Of a DNA stretch of 64,000 bases, positions 60,627 through 64,000 are shown one piece after another. The notes below the pieces were generated by a model. The model ran no database searches. It saw only the letters and a program-made list of their open reading frames with translations, and was not told the origin of the DNA. The DNA comes from a virus. The stretch is from positions 96,001 to 160,000 of IMG/VR virus record IMGVR_UViG_3300027782_003601. One strand, given 5' to 3'. Positions within the stretch are counted from its first letter, which is position 1. The number at the start of each line of letters is the position of its first letter. Made by a program: the position numbers and the translations under genes.

Positions 60627-62894
60627 ATGTCAGTACCACATATAGAACCTCTTACAAAATGGGTTACAGATGAGTTAGATAGTAGAATTAAAAATCCAAC
60701 TAATTTAATTAAAAGAATGCCATTTGTTATGCTTACATCTGCGGCAGTTGTAACAAAGCAAAAACAAACTCAAGAACAATTAAGAGAATCATTTGTTAAT
60801 AAAAACTATAATGGTGAATATTATGGGTGTGTTTTAGCAAATACAACCGATGTAAGTAGATTATATCAAATAGGTGAAAGTATAATTGGATACGATTTAA
60901 AAGGTAAACCAATTAAAGTAATTGGTGAAACTAATAGAAAAACATCTGTACCATTAATTACTAGTTTAGAAATAGATACCGATGGTAATAATAATACATT
61001 AAAAACTGCAACATTACAAATAAAAGTTTTTACATTAAAACAATTAGAAATGTTTGAATTGTTTTTTTTAAGACCAAGTATGCGAGTTTTGTTAGAATAT
61101 GGTAGTAATTCTGATTTGGTTTCCGATAATACTCTTATTAAATCAAATATGTTTCCAAAAAATAATTATGATGATTTTATTCAACAATTTACAGAATGGT
61201 TTTCACCACTGCCTAATGGTTGGAAAAAATCTAAAAAAAATTATTTAGAAAAATTAAAAGAAACAAAAGGAAATTATGATTATTGGGCTGGTCAAATTAC
61301 TCAATTTTCATTTTCTATTGATGTAGATGGTACTTATAATGTTAGTTTAGAAGTTAGTGCAGGAAATGAATTAGTAACACAAATTCCTACCCAAGAAGCA
61401 AAGCCCGAAGGAAAGAAAAAAGCAAAAATTGAAAAAAATAATTATTTATCATATATTGCTAAAATAGAAGAAGATATTAACACTAAATTTGATACATTTA
61501 AAAATAAAACAAAATGGGAAAAAGAATTTTTTAATTGGGATGCAGTAAATTTAGAAACAAAAGATAATGCAATATCAAAAGATGCATATATTTCATTTCG
61601 TTTAGCATTAGAAATTATAAATTCATTAAATACCGATGTTCATATTAGATATGGGACATACGATGGGGGTAAAGATATTATACCAATAACATCTACCAAA
61701 TATATCATGTCATCTTGGAAAGATTTTATTTTGCCTGGTGTTTTACCCAAAATAGAGGTAAATAAATTAACTGGAAAAATTGTAGTACAAACTAAACCAA
61801 TTAAAAAAAATGGTAAAGATGTATATGAGATTGTACCAAACGATTTAACTATATCTTCTACGATAAATGGGTACTCATTTAATGTAAGTGATGAAAAAGA
61901 TGCTATTAAAGATTATCAAATACCAACCGATGGAACTAATATAACTTTACCATATGTTGGAAATTTACTTAATGCATTTATAAAATATGATACATTTGTA
62001 AAAATTCATAAAAATTCATTTACGGTTGCAGATGCAATAACTTCATTATTAGAAATGTTTAATTTACATATGTATGGATTATGTTATTTAGAATTAGCAT
62101 CCAGTGATGGAATTTTTTCAGATAGAAGTAAAGGGTTGACTATAATTGATAGAAAATTATTAAGAATAAAACCAAATACAAATGTTTATAGATTTAAAGT
62201 TGGGGCAATAGATTCAATTGTTCGTAATTTTTCATTTAGTTTAGAAATGAGTACCCTAATGCAAGGCCAAGCATTATATTCATCTCAATTGGCAATTGCA
62301 TCGGCAGGAAAAAAAATAGATGATTTAAAAGATAAAAATTTAAAATATCCAATGGAAGCATTTTCAAATGCAGATTTATCATATGCAAAAAATGCAGATG
62401 GATATTATTCTATAAATTCAATTGAAGTTGAATTACAACATATATTGGCAAAAGAAAGAGAAGACAGAAATAAAGAACCAAATCCAACTGTTTCAACCGG
62501 AATTACTACAGATGATACAAACAAAGAAGAAAAAAATATTGTAGAAGAAGGAAAAAAAAATGAAGATATAATGAATGATAAATTCATTAGATTTAAAATG
62601 TCAAAAAATGAAAAATCAAGTATTAATTTAATATATGAAGACCCACAATTATTACAATATCATTTACATAAACAAAGTGAACCAAATGCAGTTATGATTT
62701 CTCCCATAGAAATTACTCTATCAATTGATGGGTTAGCAGGAATAAGTTGTGGTCAATATTTTAATATAGATGGTGTTCCGGAAATATATAATCAAAATGG
62801 AGTATTTCAAATTATGAATACAAAACAGGGAATTAATGAAGAAGGATGGTTAACTACTATAGTTGCAAATTGGCTACCAAAATATGAAATGTAA
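60627..62894 (+). CDS. Putative baseplate hub protein
   Basis: Follows LysM gene; C-terminal LSIDGLAGI..GQYF..P...GVFQI....I...W.TTI. Confidence 0.55.
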   Translation: MSVPHIEPLTKWVTDELDSRIKNPTNLIKRMPFVMLTSAAVVTKQKQTQEQLRESFVNKNYNGEYYGCVLANTTDVSRLYQIGESIIGYDLKGKPIKVIGETNRKTSVPLITSLEIDTDGNNNTLKTATLQIKVFTLKQLEMFELFFLRPSMRVLLEYGSNSDLVSDNTLIKSNMFPKNNYDDFIQQFTEWFSPLPNGWKKSKKNYLEKLKETKGNYDYWAGQITQFSFSIDVDGTYNVSLEVSAGNELVTQIPTQEAKPEGKKKAKIEKNNYLSYIAKIEEDINTKFDTFKNKTKWEKEFFNWDAVNLETKDNAISKDAYISFRLALEIINSLNTDVHIRYGTYDGGKDIIPITSTKYIMSSWKDFILPGVLPKIEVNKLTGKIVVQTKPIKKNGKDVYEIVPNDLTISSTINGYSFNVSDEKDAIKDYQIPTDGTNITLPYVGNLLNAFIKYDTFVKIHKNSFTVADAITSLLEMFNLHMYGLCYLELASSDGIFSDRSKGLTIIDRKLLRIKPNTNVYRFKVGAIDSIVRNFSFSLEMSTLMQGQALYSSQLAIASAGKKIDDLKDKNLKYPMEAFSNADLSYAKNADGYYSINSIEVELQHILAKEREDRNKEPNPTVSTGITTDDTNKEEKNIVEEGKKNEDIMNDKFIRFKMSKNEKSSINLIYEDPQLLQYHLHKQSEPNAVMISPIEITLSIDGLAGISCGQYFNIDGVPEIYNQNGVFQIMNTKQGINEEGWLTTIVANWLPKYEM

Positions 62895-63268
62895 TGTACG
62901 CAGATTTAATTAAAAATAAAAAATTACCATCATTAAATATACCACAGACGATTGTACCATCGCCAACGGAAAATGATTATGCAAAAGGTTTTATAGAAAG
63001 ATTTTTTACTCAAAAAGCAAATGATATAAACGGGTTTGTTTATGAAATAGACCAAAAAACTTATATAAAATTATTAAAAAATCCATATTGGATATCTGAA
63101 AGTATTTATTGGAGAATAACTGGTCCTTTGGATATGGTATATAATGATAATGGTATGGTTATTGATAAAGGAGTATTTAATGGAAATACCGCATCTATAA
63201 GATTGGGTGCAGAAAAAATAAAGAATTTAGGGTTATATCTACTTAACATTTTACAATTTCATAAATAA
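62894..63268 (+). CDS. Hypothetical baseplate-cluster protein
   Basis: PSPTENDYAKGFIERFF...WRITGP. Confidence 0.65.
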   Translation: MYADLIKNKKLPSLNIPQTIVPSPTENDYAKGFIERFFTQKANDINGFVYEIDQKTYIKLLKNPYWISESIYWRITGPLDMVYNDNGMVIDKGVFNGNTASIRLGAEKIKNLGLYLLNILQFHK

Positions 63269-63270
63269 AT

Positions 63271-63301
63271 TTTGAAATGTAAATTATTTTTTGTATCTTT
63301 G
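63271..63301 (+). promoter_or_regulatory. Bacteroidota primary-sigma promoter (-33 TTTG, -7 TAnnTTTG)
   Basis: TTTG (63271-63274), 19-nt spacer, TATCTTTG (63294-63301); ATG follows 5 nt later. Confidence 0.8.
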
Positions 63302-63306
63302 TAGAT

Positions 63307-64000
63307 ATGAATATAATTGAGAAAGATAAAGATTTACACCTATTAAATCCAAAGGAGATTTTACTGATAGTTCCTGTATGGAGTTCTCAAAGGGGGCATC
63401 AATCAATGTTTCCAATTTCATTTGTATATATAAAAACCAAAGATACGGATTTTATTTTAAATTTCCAACACATAGATGCAGATTCCGTTACTCCATTTCC
63501 AATATCCAAACTCTGCAATCCAAATACATTAGTATTAGGAAACCGATATATCCAATCAATCGGACTTGATTATGAGTGGGTATACTTTGAATCAGTAGGT
63601 AAACCATTTGTATTTAATGATTTTGCAGAAACTCTTTTTAAAGGGTATAGAAACGATTATCTTTTTAACAACGATTGTATTCCTCTTATGAAGTGGTACG
63701 AACTCTTAAAATTAATACCTGAAGGTTTTGAGATAAAGAATTGGTATCGTAAGTATTCAGATTCAATCTCCTTATTAGGAAAAGTGGAAGGGGCGGGGGT
63801 TGCAGTTGAAGTGGAAAATTTTATTGATAGATTTAGCTTCAATTCCCACTACATCAATGAGGGTAAGGTACACACACAATACAATCCATATACCATTACG
63901 GGTAGACCATCTAATAGACATTTAAACGTAAACTACTCTGCTCTTCCTAAAGGTGATGGGAGTAGGGGAACTATCATTAGTAGGTGGAGTTTTGGGAGTT
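63307..64000 (+). CDS. Family A DNA polymerase-like protein, 3'-partial (not in ORF track)
   Basis: Open from ATG 63307 to window end; VEGAGVAV and YNPYTITGRPSN..VNYSALPK..SR match the PolA TxTGRxS region. Confidence 0.7.
   Translation, partial: MNIIEKDKDLHLLNPKEILLIVPVWSSQRGHQSMFPISFVYIKTKDTDFILNFQHIDADSVTPFPISKLCNPNTLVLGNRYIQSIGLDYEWVYFESVGKPFVFNDFAETLFKGYRNDYLFNNDCIPLMKWYELLKLIPEGFEIKNWYRKYSDSISLLGKVEGAGVAVEVENFIDRFSFNSHYINEGKVHTQYNPYTITGRPSNRHLNVNYSALPKGDGSRGTIISRWSFGS

Noticed and set aside
209-63842. Short minus-strand and alternate-frame ORFs in the ORF track
   Set aside because: They are shadows of long + strand genes with no recognisable motifs.
1-64000. tRNA or rRNA genes
   Set aside because: Intergenic gaps are short and AT-rich, and I saw no cloverleaf or T-loop signature by eye; a tRNAscan run would confirm.

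Overview
AT-rich, almost entirely + strand window from a large T4-like (contractile-tailed) phage, most likely infecting Bacteroidota. Evidence for the host is a textbook TTTG-N19-TAnnTTTG promoter at 63271-63301 and the lack of Shine-Dalgarno sequences. Gene order: glycosyltransferase-like and radical SAM genes; a giant multi-domain protein; terminase; portal; head cluster (protease, Dps-like, scaffold, major capsid); neck; about 24 kb of Ser/Thr/Gly/Ala-rich modular fibre genes; sheath; tube; chaperones; tape measure; baseplate; and the start of a PolA-family gene. The standout is two 'fractured genes': a ligase-like domain split right after its catalytic lysine (EK|TDG), and terminase (QECD|CDF). 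Each has the layout N-extein-IntN / free-standing Vsr-like (EDxHD-type) endonuclease / IntC-C-extein. Two features go beyond the known arrangement. (1) Each endonuclease gene has, beside its putative promoter, a 15-16 bp copy of the intein-LESS insertion site of its own host gene. (2) Both endonucleases end in IRIKYEN*, and the TAT-GAR codons supply the ATG of the downstream IntC with an identical 11-nt overlap, although the two inteins are unrelated and split at different positions. This suggests a self-regulating, intein-splitting mobile cassette. Other candidates: protease-processed capsid-internal polyproteins, pervasive [ST]-[GA]-S motifs in virion-surface proteins next to a possible peptidyl-Ser glycosyltransferase, an ATATTTATA late-promoter-like motif, and a +1/-2 tail-chaperone frameshift. 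All family assignments come from motif recognition by eye; no searches were run.
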